A DNA stretch of 64,000 nucleotides, from assembly GCF_036321535.1 (NCBI RefSeq), contig NC_087436.1, positions 37,946,001 to 38,010,000 on the forward strand, given 5' to 3'. Every line of letters starts with the position of its first letter. Within the stretch, counting starts at the first letter, position 1. The stretch comes from Camelus dromedarius. Taxonomy: Eukaryota. The notes beneath the pieces are model-generated. The model had not been told where the DNA came from and made no database searches. It saw nothing but the letters and a program-made list of their open reading frames with translations. The position numbers were made by a program, and so were the translations under genes. Below, piece after piece: positions 12,929-27,165 of this stretch.

Positions 12929-15900
12929 TAAGTAGTTATGTCATCTGCTTTTAAACTTAAAAAGGACTGATAACTGCCTTTCACCTTTTCTTCCTTTATC
13001 CTTGCTTTATTTTCCCACAGTAAGATTCATCATTTTATATAATTTTTTTCCCACTATTTCAAGATTGTGTATGAAAACATGTCATGTCAATAAAGTATCC
13101 TTGAAATTTGTTCTGAAACAGACATTTTTGTTTCCTTTTAAATGTAATGATTAAGGAAACAAATCTGACTCTTTAAAACATGCAGATATCTGGCATGACT
13201 TTATTAGCTCACAGACTTTTAAAACTGGGAAGGATCAGAGTTACTGTGTAATTTAACCTCTTAATTTGAGGGGAATTGAGAAAACTGAGACTCAGAGAAG
13301 CATAGTGACACACTCAGGGTTGCACAGCACTAGGGCTAGCCCCCATGCCTCTAATGGTCAGGTGCTTCTCCTGCTTACTACACTGCCTCTGAGTTCTTAC
13401 GTCGTCTGGCAAGGGCATTTTTTTTTTTTTTTTTTTTTGGGCAGGGGGAATAAGTTATTCACATAAATACAATGAAAGTCTGTCTAGTGGTTACACTCAG
13501 AGCTCCTTTTAGAATACTACAATTTATAGCTGTATTGCTGAAGGAGGTCACTTTATTTCAGAGAAGAAAGTGTTATGGCCAAGTGGGGTTTTAAAGTGGG
13601 TTCTGTGTTCAGATGTTGAAGTTACCAGAGATTTACTACATTACTGTATCTAAAATTAAATTAAAATGGTATAACATAGATAATATTTATATGCTTGCTT
13701 TTAATTCGAGTTGTTTTTTCAGTGGAACATCCTCTAACATGAAGTTTCTACTGCTGATTAAATTTTTAATATTTCTGAGGAGCACAGAGCAATTAATCAG
13801 TCTTGACATTTGATTGTACAGATAGGCTAGCATCTTGGAAGAGATTTTCTCTGGTCAAGTCAAAGTATTTGAAATACAACATAATAAAGATGTTGAAGTC
13901 TCTCTGTTTATCGAGTGGTAATGATTGTGATAAAATGCCTCTTTGCTTAGAAGAAAGACAGTGCTGTGATCTCAGCCATTCTCTGCTCGCCTTACAGCTC
14001 TGGAGAAGTTGTTAGCACTACTTTACATTTTCCTTATAAAGAACATCTGTGTATTTAAGAAATAAAATATGTCATGTAACAGCAGGAATTTCCATCCCAT
14101 TTCACTATCATTTGATTGATAAAAATAACTATTATGAGATGAAGGGATTTTAGAACAGGGATTTAGACAAGGGAACCTCATTCATACCATTAAGACTTAC
14201 GTGGCTAAACTTGATCTGATGCTCAGGGAATTTTTTTTTTTTTTTTTTTTGCACAGATGAAATTTTATTTTTAATAGCAGCAAGGAGTTTTTAATAGAAA
14301 GAATTGAATACTTTTGATTTCAGCTTATTGTTTGTCATCAACTTGAGACGTAGGATTGAAGTGACCAGGTGTAGACTGTGCTTGTGCGTTCTGTGTTTAA
14401 TATAATGCTGATCACCACATCAGTCAGAGACTTTATAAAGCTGCATCAAGATATTTAGCTAGGAAAGTCACCTTGGTAATGGAGTAAGTAAATGCCTTAC
14501 TTAAGGTAAACATCAGTTAAGGCTAGTGAGCTAAAAGGATGGCAAAACCAAAGTGGTGCAAATGGAAAGGACAGAGAGTAGGTCTTGTCTTATACAATAT
14601 AGAAACAAAAACCCTTTTAATTTCAAAACATGAAGTTTGTTTTAGAGACTTAACATCAGCATTCTCGCTCAAAATATGAAGAATAAGATGTCATAATTAT
14701 TTTGGAAATCATTTTTATTATCTAATCCACTGAAAACCAAAAGGTAAGTTAGTAGCTAGCTTCTTGGCTTTAAGAAAGGGGAAAATCCTGGTAAATTTAA
14801 GGTAAAGAAATCTGATAAAAATCAGGTAAAATCTAGTATCAGAATTTTAAAATTCTGATAAAAGTTAAAACAAAGAAATCTGGAAATTAAAATATGGAAG
14901 AAGAACGGCATGGACTCCCTTGGTATAGCTTGATGAGATTTCTGTACAAGAACCAATATTTTGATTCACCTGATGATTTAATGGAAATACATTGATAGGA
15001 GCAGTCTTAGAGTATTTTTTTTTCCAGTGCTTGAATAGATTTGGTATTACTAGCATTTACAATCTTTTATCAATTGTCCTTTTACTCTCACTGGGTATAT
15101 ATTTTATACAAATAAAATTTTAAATAAATCTGAAAAGATACATAAAGCAAACCAGGTGACAACAGTAACACCCTGCAACAAACATGCACAAAGGCTGCAC
15201 GTAAACACAGCTCTCAGAATCGACACAGTTCCTGCCTGGTTTGGGGGTGACTTTGTTTCAAGCGTCAAATTTCAACAACTCAACAACTTCCTTAGAGACT
15301 TTAAGAGACTTTAAATTAAAAGCTATACTTCTGTTTGAAAAGACAAAGGGAGGGTAATTTGCCTTTGCCTTTTTTGTTCTTTCTCGTTGTCCTTCCTTCC
15401 TTAAAATTGGTATGGAGAAATAATAAGATCTTCACATTTTTAAATTCATACTAGTGAAAACTGAGGGAAGTTAGAAGAGCTTGGTTGAAATTGAGGTGTT
15501 CTCTTATTCAGACGTAGGAAGTTATCTGCAGATTTTGTCTCATAGTGGGTATAATATGTGAATCTGTGCTATTGCAATTTTTCTCTAGAAAGAGGAAATA
15601 TCTGCAAATACTAGTCTATCTTTATACAGACTACATGTGTGTTACAACTTCCTAGGAGATAATCACTATTTTCTAATTGTGCACATTGTTAGCTTAAAAT
15701 GTATTTAAAATGGACCACTAAACTTTAGACATAGCACGATATGAAAGTTTTAAAAATATCATAAACTCCTTAAACACAGCTTCTGGAGTTCCTTTCCTGC
15801 AAGCATAAGCTGTTGAACAAGAAGAGGAAAACTTTCCCAGGTCCCCAGGGGATCTAGGGTAGAAAAGGGTAATAGCACTCTGGATCCCTCTGCCCCAATC

Positions 15901-16592
15901 CAGATTCCTCTCTGAAAGGCAACTCCCACACTGTCTGAGAGCCTGGAAGTTGAACCCCTTCTCCAGCCATTTCACAGCAGACCAAGGACTGATTGGAGAG
16001 CCTCCAGTCCGAGGTCCTGAGATAGTGCTGAGGAAGGAAGGCGTATTGTAGGCTGCTCCTGTCCCGGGATGAAGGGCCCACTCTGACATATGCCTTCAGG
16101 GGCATCCCTCCAGCTTGCTGCCTGTGACCCAGTTCTGCTTGTGTCCCTGAAGGCCGGGGAGAGAGTAGGGGGTTTGAAGGGAGTTCAGGAGAGACCCCAA
16201 AGGCAGCTCACTCTGCTGGACAGAAGCCTTTTGTCACAAGTATCTACTTACCACAAATCCAAACCCCTGCCCTAGAAATACATACTTTTAAAGAAAGTTC
16301 ATGGTACCTTTAGAAAAGTAGCTAATTCAATCCTCACATTTTCCAGCTAAGGACACTGAGGGTCTAAGATGGTTAGAAGACTCCCCCACCTCCTTGCCTT
16401 CACACAGAGAATTAGCAAATATGGAACTGAAAATGTGTTGGAAAAATGACCTTTAATGGTTATGATAAATTGAGCTGTGAACACGCTAACTACTTTTTGG
16501 AGAAAACAACACTGAATCTGGTACTCATGAGGGGGTTTAATAGCACCCTGCTGTGTGTCTGTGTTTCTCTTATTTGACTTTTTCATTTCTAA

Positions 16593-16778
<186 letters not shown>

Positions 16779-19700
16779 TGACTGGATTACATATTTAATG
16801 TCAACAGGCATGTATGTTAATTAGCATGTGATAATCAATTTTATCAAAATATTTACTCAAAATGACAAATAAGGAACGCATGATTGATACATTCAGCAAA
16901 TGTCTGTTTTCTTCATTTTACCAGAAGAGTCATATTTATCATATAAAAGCAGACCTAGATCTGGGTCTGGACTCCACATGGTCCGAAGCTATGCCTATAG
17001 ATGGGTCATACAAAGTACCTGATGGGAGCTTCTCGATTTTTACACATTTTTTTGTTAACATAGGTTTCTTTTGAAAGATATTGAGTAGAGCTTGAATAGT
17101 TTTATTTTTCAAAGCTAGTTCTGATATTTATTGACAGGTTGTTAGACTGAGCTCTTGTAGGAGCCGAGTGGTCCTTCTTCATCTTGCATGAACCTAGGGA
17201 AACCTAGAACCTAGAACCTAGGGAAGTTCCTGCCCAGCTCAAATACAATGATGTTCTTACTGATGGTGATTTGGAGATTATCTTATTTATGTTATGCTAA
17301 TTGGCTCAAGCAAATCAACAGTTTATTTTTATTTGTTGATTAAATACATTTTAAGTGTATCTTTAAAATAGCAAAATTGATATTATAAGAAAAGCAATTT
17401 AAAGTTTTAACATTGACCTTAGAAATGAGTGTGAAGTGTGGTAGTTTTCTGCTGCTCGGTGTGCCCCGTAAGTATTCAATGTGAAGTGACTCCCATGTCA
17501 TGATTTTAATTTTGGTACCTGTCCTTAATACAGCTGTTTCAAAGGGACTGAGTAGAGTAAATTTCTTTTCCTGTATCTTTAATGCTCAGTAATAGTGATA
17601 TGGTCTTCTCTTTTCAAATCTCTGAATAGTTTAGTCTTTCAACTTTCTTTTCTTGGATTACTTTTTTGCATGAATTTAGTACGCTTTTGTTGCATTTTAA
17701 TCACTGAGTGAAAAGTATAGTGTGTTTTCAAGAGAGATACATTTATTTGTCTGCAATAACAGATTGTCATAGACTACATTCTGGAGTATATTGTTCATTT
17801 TTGTCTCATTCATTTACCCAATATCATTTTCACAGTGATCTGTTTCCATGCTTTCTTATCCAAATTTAAGAAATTTTAGTATTATACTTTCAGTGTTTTT
17901 TAATATCAACTAATCAAATTCTGTACCTAATAATAAGATATGTTTTTGAGTTAAGCCAAAAGGAACACTTTTATTTTTTTCATTAATGTTGCCTTAATGC
18001 CTTTTATTTTGAACCTTATACCACTGAAGGGTAAGCAACGGAGGTCTTGTAAGCAAACGATGAAATATTTATGTAGCAGCAAGAAATGCTGTGGGTTTTA
18101 TAAAGATATTACAAATAAATTGGAAGTTGGCTGTTTGGAATAATCCAGTGTTGTAATAATAGATGTGTACAATTTCTAAACAACCTTACATTAATCAAGA
18201 AAGAATTGCCATATTTTGTCCCTTCTGTCAGGGAAGAAGAACACAGGTCTGTTATACGTTAAAAATGTTACACCATTTCCTTTAAATTGAACCATAATGT
18301 GGACCATGGGAGTAGCAGCTCTTGCTGAGGTATAAAGAATGTATAGCTGTTTTGTGTAAGGACTTGTAGTGAAAATGGAAAGTTAAGTGCCTGCCAAATG
18401 TAGAATCAAGGAAATGTCTGTTGTAGACAGTGTCATTGGCTAAGGTGGACACTGATTAGACTGTATTCCTCACACTTGAGTTAATATAAATCATTTCCAA
18501 GGGGAAAACAATCTAAAGGACACTGATGTTGGGTAAGGTATTTCGTTTGTAACTCTTTTAAAAATTACAAATGTGATAGTGAATATCCAAATACAGATGA
18601 TCATTCAAATATGGAAATTTACAAGTTAAGTATCAACCAATAAGACCATGAAGCCAATTATATTAAAGTTAACAATTAGTTTAATATGGAGGCTGAGAAT
18701 GTTTTGCTGAGTTTGTGGTTCTTTGAGGTTGTCAGGTGGGGACATCGTTGTCCCATCCCTTTTTCTCTGTCCCAGCCAGTGTGTCTTCTCCTTCTGGAAC
18801 CCATAATTTTTTAAAAACCTTTCCTATTCTTTTTACAGTAGCTCATGGAAATTCAAATGATATTACTTGCCAGTAATTTTCTTAAAAGCAAATGCAAACA
18901 CAGGCCCTGGAAGCTCTGGTTTGTGGTGAAGATGGTAACCCAGATGATTCACTATATGCTTTTATTAATATTTAAGTTAAAGTTAAAATAAAATAAATTC
19001 TAAAAACAGTGAGAGAGAATGTGCAGATGTCTGAAGTCATTGCCTCCTTCTCCCAACTTTTCCCTTCTCCTGAGTTTGAAAAACAATGGGACTTGAAAAA
19101 TAGCTCTGACCTCGCGTTTATTGGAATGACCCATTTTGATGTTGGTAGAAACACTGGCCTCCTGATGAGATTGTGAGACAAGTTTAAAACCCTCCATCTG
19201 CCTCCTCTTTTTGGAGAGGTCACTCTTTTTTCTTTGAACTCGAACATTTTGTCGAAACTGGCTTGTGATGATACTCATTCACCTTTCCTCGTGTGGTTGT
19301 TTGATGCCCAGATTAAAGGTATGTTGAGGGCAGGAATGTTCTTTCAAATTGACTGTTCAATTAGCACCTGCTGATTTCAAAGATCAAGTCAGATTTCTAT
19401 TCCTTTGTACTTTGCAGTAAACTCAATCCAGTCAGACAAACATAATGCAAGTAACAGATTACTTTATTGAGATTAATTCTGTCCTCAAGCGTTAAATACA
19501 CACAAAGAATGTGAAAAAAGCTCCCAAGAAATTGTTTCTTGGTAGCAGTCAAGGGCAGCTGCAGCCCCATTTTGATTATGTGGTTTTGCTAGCATATACC
19601 GGTTTGGTATAACTTAATCATTTTTAGATGGGGACTCCATAAACGCTTAAAAAGTAAACTGCAGAATTATTTTCAGATTAACACTAATGCATGATTCTAA

Positions 19701-19887
19701 GAGGTTTTTTTGAGCCAGTGGGAATACCCACAATAAATTGTTTAAAATCTCATTGTGATATTAAATCATTTTAAACAAATGTAATCCTGGAAAAAAAAGG
19801 ATTTACTGTTGTCAGAGGCACTTAATCATTTGTACCTAATTCTTTATATTTATCCTCAACCCTTTTTTTTTTTTCCTTTCCATTTAG

Positions 19888-19986
<99 letters not shown>

Positions 19987-22841
19987 TAGATTGTAATTGG
20001 TGATAAAAACATTATAGAGAAAACAGATTCCTCCAGGATAATGAATATTGCAGTTTTACAAAATGACTCCCAGGTTAAGAATTCATCCTGGCTCTTTTCT
20101 CTCCTTAAACAATTTACAGAATCCAGTTCTTTATTCTAGAAAAATCTTGAATAAGGATACTTTCCCAAAATGAAATATCTGAGGTGGAAACTGATTAATG
20201 TCTGGTTGTGATATGTGTGCTTTACTTTACATACTGTTTCAGTGGGTGGAACAGGGAGTAACAGTTTTATAGAAGGCTATGGGCTTGCCCCTCCCTTATC
20301 TCGCATCAAGTGTAGCCTTTACAAATTTTAAAAAGTCTTTGGAATGTGGCTTGGATGCTATAAGATTTTATTGGCTGTAAGTGTGCTGTGGCCATAATAA
20401 TGTTTTATGCCACAGATTGCTTCCCAAAGGGTTTTTTTCATTTCTTACGACTTCCTGTGTAATTTCTCCCATGAAAGAGGGCTGTGCCCTAGTGAAGGGT
20501 GAATGAACAACTAAACATTCTCCTTAAGAACCTTGTCTGGGTGTTATCTGTCATGTAGAGAAGTACTTGCAAAGACTGGAGAGAATACTCTTTCATTTTG
20601 GTGGCCAGGTTAGTTTATATGTATCTAAAGCGGTTCTCAGTGGCTGGCCTGTGTGTGGTACCCTGTGTAACTGGTAACACTGCTGAAGCTTTTTATTCAA
20701 GAGCCATGGTATTTAACTTTCCTTACCATGGTGCCACCAGCATCTAGGACAGCGTCTAGTACAGGAACTGTTTTGTGACTGAAAAAATGTTAGTTTAAGC
20801 AGGTCAGAGAATCAATACTGTAATTATTACACATAAGTGGAGAAGAAGGACAGCCATGCAGCATAATTTCTCATTTTGGAAATTTTCTGGCAAAAGCTAA
20901 AAGACATAGGTCAGCTTAGTATTTATCATCTTAGAATAGCCTCTTTCATACTTTCATAGGAAACAGATAATCAAAAAGATCAAGCATTGTATGTGATGGC
21001 TGTGGAATAATGGGCGCCCTAAAGAAAGAAAGGAGGTCTTCTTACTTAGAAGTATCTAGAGAAAGTGAGGTTTTCAGGACAAAGTCCAATATGTGCAGCA
21101 GAAGCAGAGAACAACAAAAAGAAAAGTAGAAGCAGAAGGAAAAGGGCAGCAGAGAGCCGTGTGGAGGGAGGACAGGTGGACTTAAAGGAGTGCTGGGGCT
21201 GCTCGCACCCTGTCCCGGGTGTACAGAAGAAGCAGGTAAATGATGAAGAGAGAGGAGAGAGCGCTCCCAAGCCCGGGGCCAGCCCCTGCAACCCGACAGC
21301 ATAGGCTTTGGCGTCATCGGGCACCACCCTCTTCTATGTACCGGGGTCGTGTGGACTTGTGATGGGCACGGGCACGGGCGAGAGTGAAATCAGCAGCCTT
21401 CCGTTCTGGATCAGGAGATGTCTTTGTGCCACCCTGAAAGCATCACTTACGATTTGCTCGGTAGATTTTAGGTCTGCATGTGTGTGCTTGTGCATGTAAT
21501 CTGTGTATGGAAGGAGGGCAAGCGGGAAATGGGGAAAATGTATTATTTCTATATATCGTAGCAGTACATTTATAATAATGCCCTGTGACATCATCATGTA
21601 ATTGAATTATGGTTGTTAGAGTGTGTTTTTAAAAGGCAGTGATTATTGTTCAGAATGTATTAAAATATGTATTTCAGCATAGAAAAGATGAATCGATCAT
21701 AGAACCCTTGAGTATTCAAAATAATTCTATCCTTGCGAATTGTGTGCCTACATTTTATTTTACTTGTCAGAAGGATGGGCAGTAGAGAATAATGTACTTA
21801 AACTAGTAATTTCTCTTAAATTTTTTATTAAGATTATCCTCTACAAAGTTACAATAAGATTTTTGACCTCCAAGAATTCTCTGACAAAAATATTAAATAT
21901 ATGTAGTGTTTATTGTTGTCATATATTATGTTCTATATTATGTGTAATCTAAACAATATTTTAAAATTTGAGTCATTTTATGTATGATCTGGCTATTCAC
22001 TGTGTGCATGAATCTGCACAAAATGTCATACAGATTCTGGCCTATTGGTTTCTGATCAAGGAAACTTACCACCTAAATTCAAACATGGCTGAGGCCTAGG
22101 CGGCCAACACATACATTTAAATAAAATAAAAATATAAAGGTGGCCTATGTGTATGTGTATGCCCACACAAGTAATTGTATAATTAATTATAATTGTTATT
22201 TGCTTATAACTAGATTTTTCTGTTTAAAATCAGACTCATTTTCACATTTTACAATTCTTCTTTAAGTTATTTTGATGTGAAGCCTATGTTTCTTTGTGAC
22301 GATTGCCTGGAAACATAGCTGTGGTTGTATTTGGAGTGGTGGGTGCCAGCCAATGTCAGTGACAGCAGAGACCCGGCTGCTTGCTGGCATCTGGGCTTCC
22401 TGGCATGGATTTCTTTTCCAGCATGGGCAGATGTTGCATTTGCTTTCTTTTATTTGCTTTGTCCTGTCCTCCAAATCATGCACATCCATTTACCCTTCCA
22501 AGCTGGAACTTGGCTCAGTGACCACATGGGTTTATGTAGGTTTTTTTCTACTATGATGGTAGAGTTCTCCTTATTTTGAGTTCTATCAATTTATTTTTTT
22601 CTCTCTCTTTATTATGTTTTCTTATGAAATCATGTGATTTTATTCAGCTCAGATTCCCCACACTAGGTTTAGCTATTTATGTTTGTGCTATAACATAACA
22701 TAGGTAAGGTGTTCACAGCCTGCTCTGAGAAAGCGTTTAGTCACATAGTCTCAGGGAGCCCGTAATGAAATGAGGACCGTGAGCGACGGTGGGGTGGGAC
22801 GGTCAGAACAGACAGCCTCCGAGGAACAGGGATGTCTGGAT

Positions 22842-24208
22842 CATCGGTGCTCACATTTTGGCCTCAACACTCCATTTCATCTTACAAATAATTGACAACC
22901 CTTAGAAGCTTTGGTTTATGTGGGTTATATCTGTAGCTGTTTACTATATTAGAGATTAAAGCTGAGAACATTTAACAATGTGTTAATTTGTTTAAAATAA
23001 CAATAATAAACCCATTACATGTTAACATGGACACTGTATTTTTACAGAAAATAACTCCACTTCCTAATCAGAAATAATTTAGTGAGAAGGGAGACACTGT
23101 TTTTACATTTCTGAAACTCTCTCTAATGTTTGAGTTAAGAGGGACGGCTGGGTTCTCCTATCTGTTCCTTCATTCATTTTGCTGCAGTATGTTCTTTTGG
23201 TTGCAGGATTTGCAGAAAATCTGGCCCTAAGCAGATATGTAGTTAGAAAAGAATTCTTAAATAGCCTTTACAAATAATTCTGGGTATTACTTGTCACTAC
23301 GGTAAAACTCAAAAAGTGGTAGGTTTTTTTAAAGGCTGTTGTGTGGAACCTAGATCATCTCAGTGAACTTCCGCTATTCTGTTACATTAAAATCCACTGG
23401 TGTGTCTTGCACTTTGAATGATCTTTTACCCATGCGTGATTCTGTAACATGATGCACAGATCACTTGGAAAATACTGGCTCACTGAGTTACACACTTCCT
23501 CCACGTGTGTTAATGTCATCACTGGTCTCACTGGGCAACTCTGAGTTTTAAGAAGCCTTCGAGCACATGGTAGCACATACAGATTTTCCTAAATTCTAAA
23601 TTTTGCATTGACTGCTCTAATTCTCGTGTTTGGTAAGAAGTACTTTCCTTCTTTCCTTTCTTTCTTTTGAAATGACAGGCTTCTCTAATTTTCAAAAAAC
23701 AATTGTTCACCAAAGACCCAAGTGTGAATAACCATAATTTGTCCGTCGTTACATTTCAAGTCAAAATGGTGTTCCATGAAATAAGCTCCTAGTTCAGCTC
23801 ACAACTCAGTCACACAAGTGCTTTTCCTTGAGGCAACTTTCATATATCAATATTTATGGCAAGTACTTAGTTCCCATTTTATCACAGGGAATATTAAAAC
23901 TATGGTACTCAAAAATTAGGGTTTTATAAAATTAATAATTTTTACAAAACTGGCATTATTTCTATTGTGAGTGTGGCAGTGAAGATACAGTGACTACTAG
24001 CACCATCAGAGGCCACTGTCCTGATCTGTACGAAGGCCCAGCAGTTTTACCCATTGTTACTTTTGTACCATTAGTGCAAAGTCAACGTGGTGAAAAAGGT
24101 AAATAGCATAATAGTATTATGGCAAAACTAGTTTTGACCTTGAAGAGCTTGTGTAAGAATCTTGGGGATCCCCAGGAGTACACACAGACAATGTTTTGGG
24201 AGGTAATG
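22842..24208 (-). mobile_element. Charlie1a-like hAT DNA transposon, about 1.37 kb with both ends present
   Basis: CA...TG ends flanked by gtctggat/ctctagat (6 of 8 match, fitting the Charlie NTCTAGAN target preference). Internal matches to recalled Charlie1 sequence (tttatgtgggttatatct, cagcagttttaccca, tagttttgacct). Confidence 0.85.
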
Positions 24209-24926
24209 CTCTAGATGGACCCCTAGCCAATGATAAATGCCCAAAGGGATAGGAGTGTGAGTAGGTGTGTGTGTATATCTGTGTGTTGGGCGGTGATTGG
24301 GGGTGGGTGTTTATGTGTGTGTATGTGTGTCTTGGGGCCAGGTGAGGTAGACGAGGCAGAGAAGAGTGTGTTGCCCATGAAGGTAAGGACCCAGCTGACA
24401 GAGGCCATCCTGTTTAACTGGCACCATTGCTGTCATCTGATTGCTCAGACTGGTTTCGTGCTGTTACTTTGTCTTGATAAATTCTTATGTTTCTGCTGCT
24501 GTTGCTCCTGAAACATGCTAGTGCCCATTGTCATTGCCTGTGCCCGACTCTGGATTTTAAAAGTAGGAGGTGTGCCAAAGCTGCACCTCTATAGGTACTG
24601 TTTGCTTTTGGCTTGATACGTTTGCGATTGTAAACAGAGAAACATTTAAGGCTTTCTAAACTTGGGCATATTTGTAGGTAGATTGTAGACTTTCTTTACC
24701 TTTTAAATTTGCCTGCAGATTCCAAAAGGTAGAACCTCAAAGATTATCCTATCAGTAAGATATTTACTGATATTTGAAATTTTTTTAGTTAGGATTCAGA
24801 GAAGTCTGAGTTATAATGAGATTGCATCCCTTTCCCCACCTAGAGAGTTGCCCTGCTTAGTAGAAGCAAGTCCCAGTGTGTTTCCAGCACTACCTTCCTC
24901 TGCTGTGGGAGTCTGTTTTGCATCCT

Positions 24927-25110
24927 GGAAAGAGTGGCGCTTCAGAGACAACTGACTTGAATTCAAATCCTGGCCTCTACCACTTACTAGCTGTGCACTT
25001 TTGCACAAACTGCCTAACCTCTCAGAACCCATTTTATCTCATAGGTCCTTTTTGTGAAGAATAAATTGAATAATGTCTGTAAAGTACTTAGTGCTGGTTT
25101 GTAGCAGATG
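24927..25110 (+). mobile_element. MIR SINE
   Basis: ttcaaatcctggcctctaccacttactagctgtg ... taacctctcagaacc ... tgtaaagtacttagtgc. Confidence 0.75.
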
Positions 25111-25809
25111 GTCAGTTAATTTTCTTAAGTATGATCTCTGAAAGTCTTCTGTAATATTGCCACTGAAGACTACTTTTCCAAAGTCAAATGAATTGTGTTC
25201 ATTAACGTTGGGTGGCAAGGCTTTATTGAATGATTTGATTTCTGATACTGTCTTTTTCTCCTTTTCTTTAGTTTCCTTTCTTATGGGATATCATACTGGG
25301 AATTTTATGTTCAGTATCCTTCCTTTTCTCTCTTTCATCAAGATCTTAAACTATTGAGTATGCTAGAACTTTAATAACTTAGTGTATAAAAATGATCTGG
25401 ATTGACTATTGCTAAAGAGCTAATTTAATATCATGGTGTCTGACATAATCATGGGATTTTCTTAATGATTATCATCTTTGGAAATACATGCTTTAGATGG
25501 GTATGTTCCTAATTAACTGAGCCTTTGTTTTTAATAACTATTTAAAGGAGAATTCAGCTGGGAAAATTGTTTGGTGGTATTTTATTTATGTTTGCCTCAC
25601 TAATTTCTTTCTTGAAATTAAGCCATAATGACCTCCAAAATAATCTTTCGTAAATTTAATTGATCTTGTCACATCAAAACTTGTCCTCAGCTTTTTAAAT
25701 TATTACTACCCTCTTTATTAAGCATAAACATAAAAGATGCTTAATTTCTAAGTCAAATAAGAGATTATAAGCAATCAAGTTTGTTTTTAAAATATTGACC
25801 TATTTCTTG

Positions 25810-26430
25810 AAGAACTGTTTATAAATAGCAAAAAATTGGAAATAGAGTGTGCATATCCAACATTGAGGAGCATGGTTCAATAAATTATGATATATCTATA
25901 AATTGGGATATTATATGGACAATAAAAATGATTGTATAAATATATACTAGTTAACATAAAATGAGAAAGATTATTTACAAAACAAAATGGCATATTTTTG
26001 TTAAGGATAAAATATTGTTATTTTAACATCTTAAAGGTTAAATGCTAAATTATTAACTATGGTTATTCCTTTGTATTTTATATTTGGATAGTTTGAATTT
26101 TCTTCATGATTTTCTGTGTTTTCTAATTTTTCTATAATAATATTTTCTTGAAAAAAGATATTTAAAGTATATTCATCTTATGATTACGCAGGTAACTGTT
26201 ATAATTAGAACATTCATGCTAAAAATTATTTAGGTGTGACGTGTCTCTGCATCTTATTCTCAAATGGGCCAGCAAAAAGAAGTACCTATAAAAATATATG
26301 TTAAAAAGAGAGAAATGAGAATGAGAAAGCAAATATGGTAATATTAAACCTTAGTGAGAGTATATCAGGTTCATTGTACTGTTTTTCTAATTTTCCTTCC
26401 TGTTTGAAAATTTTCATAATTTTTATAAGT
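25810..26430 (+). mobile_element. Old L1 (L1ME/MC) 3' fragments
   Basis: tgtttataaatagcaaaaaattggaaa ... aataaattatgatatatctata and ttcattgtactgtttttctaatttt...gtttgaaaattttcataat. Confidence 0.55.
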
Positions 26431-26794
26431 AAAAGTGGGAGTGTTTTATTCCAGTGAGAACAATGGAGTGGACACAGATGCCAACTCAGTGCAGCTGAGA
26501 CCTGTTTCCTGAACATCCAGCATCACAGCTCACATCTTGTTCACATCTCCCTCAGAGCCGGTTCTTTCAATAGGAAGACTTATGTTCTTTAAATATAAAC
26601 AGACTCGTGTTGTCTTGTTTTGTCTTTGCTTACAATTACACTGCTCAGAAAAAAGCTCAGATTCTTCTGAAGAAGCAGAATATCATTACTTCATGCTTAG
26701 TAATTTTGAAAAAGGAATTCCATGAAATTTCCAATTCTCATGAATTATTCAAAAGTTTTTTCCCACAATACATTGGAAAGCATATGTATTCTTT

Positions 26795-27165
26795 ATAAAA
26801 GAAGATGTAAAGAGATTTCCCCACCCACTTCTGCCCCCTACACAAGTGTAGCATCCCCTACTATCAGTATTCCCAACCAGAGTGGTATGTTTGTTACAAT
26901 TGATGAACCTGCACTGACACATTATAATCACCCAAAGTCCATAGTTTGCATTATGATTCGCTGTTGGTGTGGACATTCTGTGGGTCTGGACACATGTGTA
27001 AGGACATGTATCCACCATTATGATATCATCCACAGTATTTTCACTGCCCTAAATATCCACTGTGCTTTGTCTATTCATCCCCCAATTCTCAGCTCCTGGT
27101 GACTGCTGATAATTTTACTGTCTCCATAAGTTTTTGTTGTCCAGAATGTCATATAGCTGGGCAGA
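26795..27165 (-). mobile_element. L1MC1-like 3' UTR fragment
   Basis: ccagagtggtatgtttgttacaattgatgaacctgcactgacacattataatcacccaaagtccatagttt matches my recollection of the L1MC1 3' end. Confidence 0.8.

Noticed and set aside
14870..15040. Possible ancient non-LTR retrotransposon ORF2 remnant (...VLEYFFFQC resembling a CCHC knuckle)
   Set aside because: Too degenerate to support without a profile-HMM search.
17190..17225. Short AACCTAG tandem repeats
   Set aside because: Ordinary local slippage duplication with no further structure.
21042..21327. Overlapping ORFs including a basic KKKSRSRRKR stretch
   Set aside because: Explained by purine-rich low-complexity sequence, with no homology or exon context.
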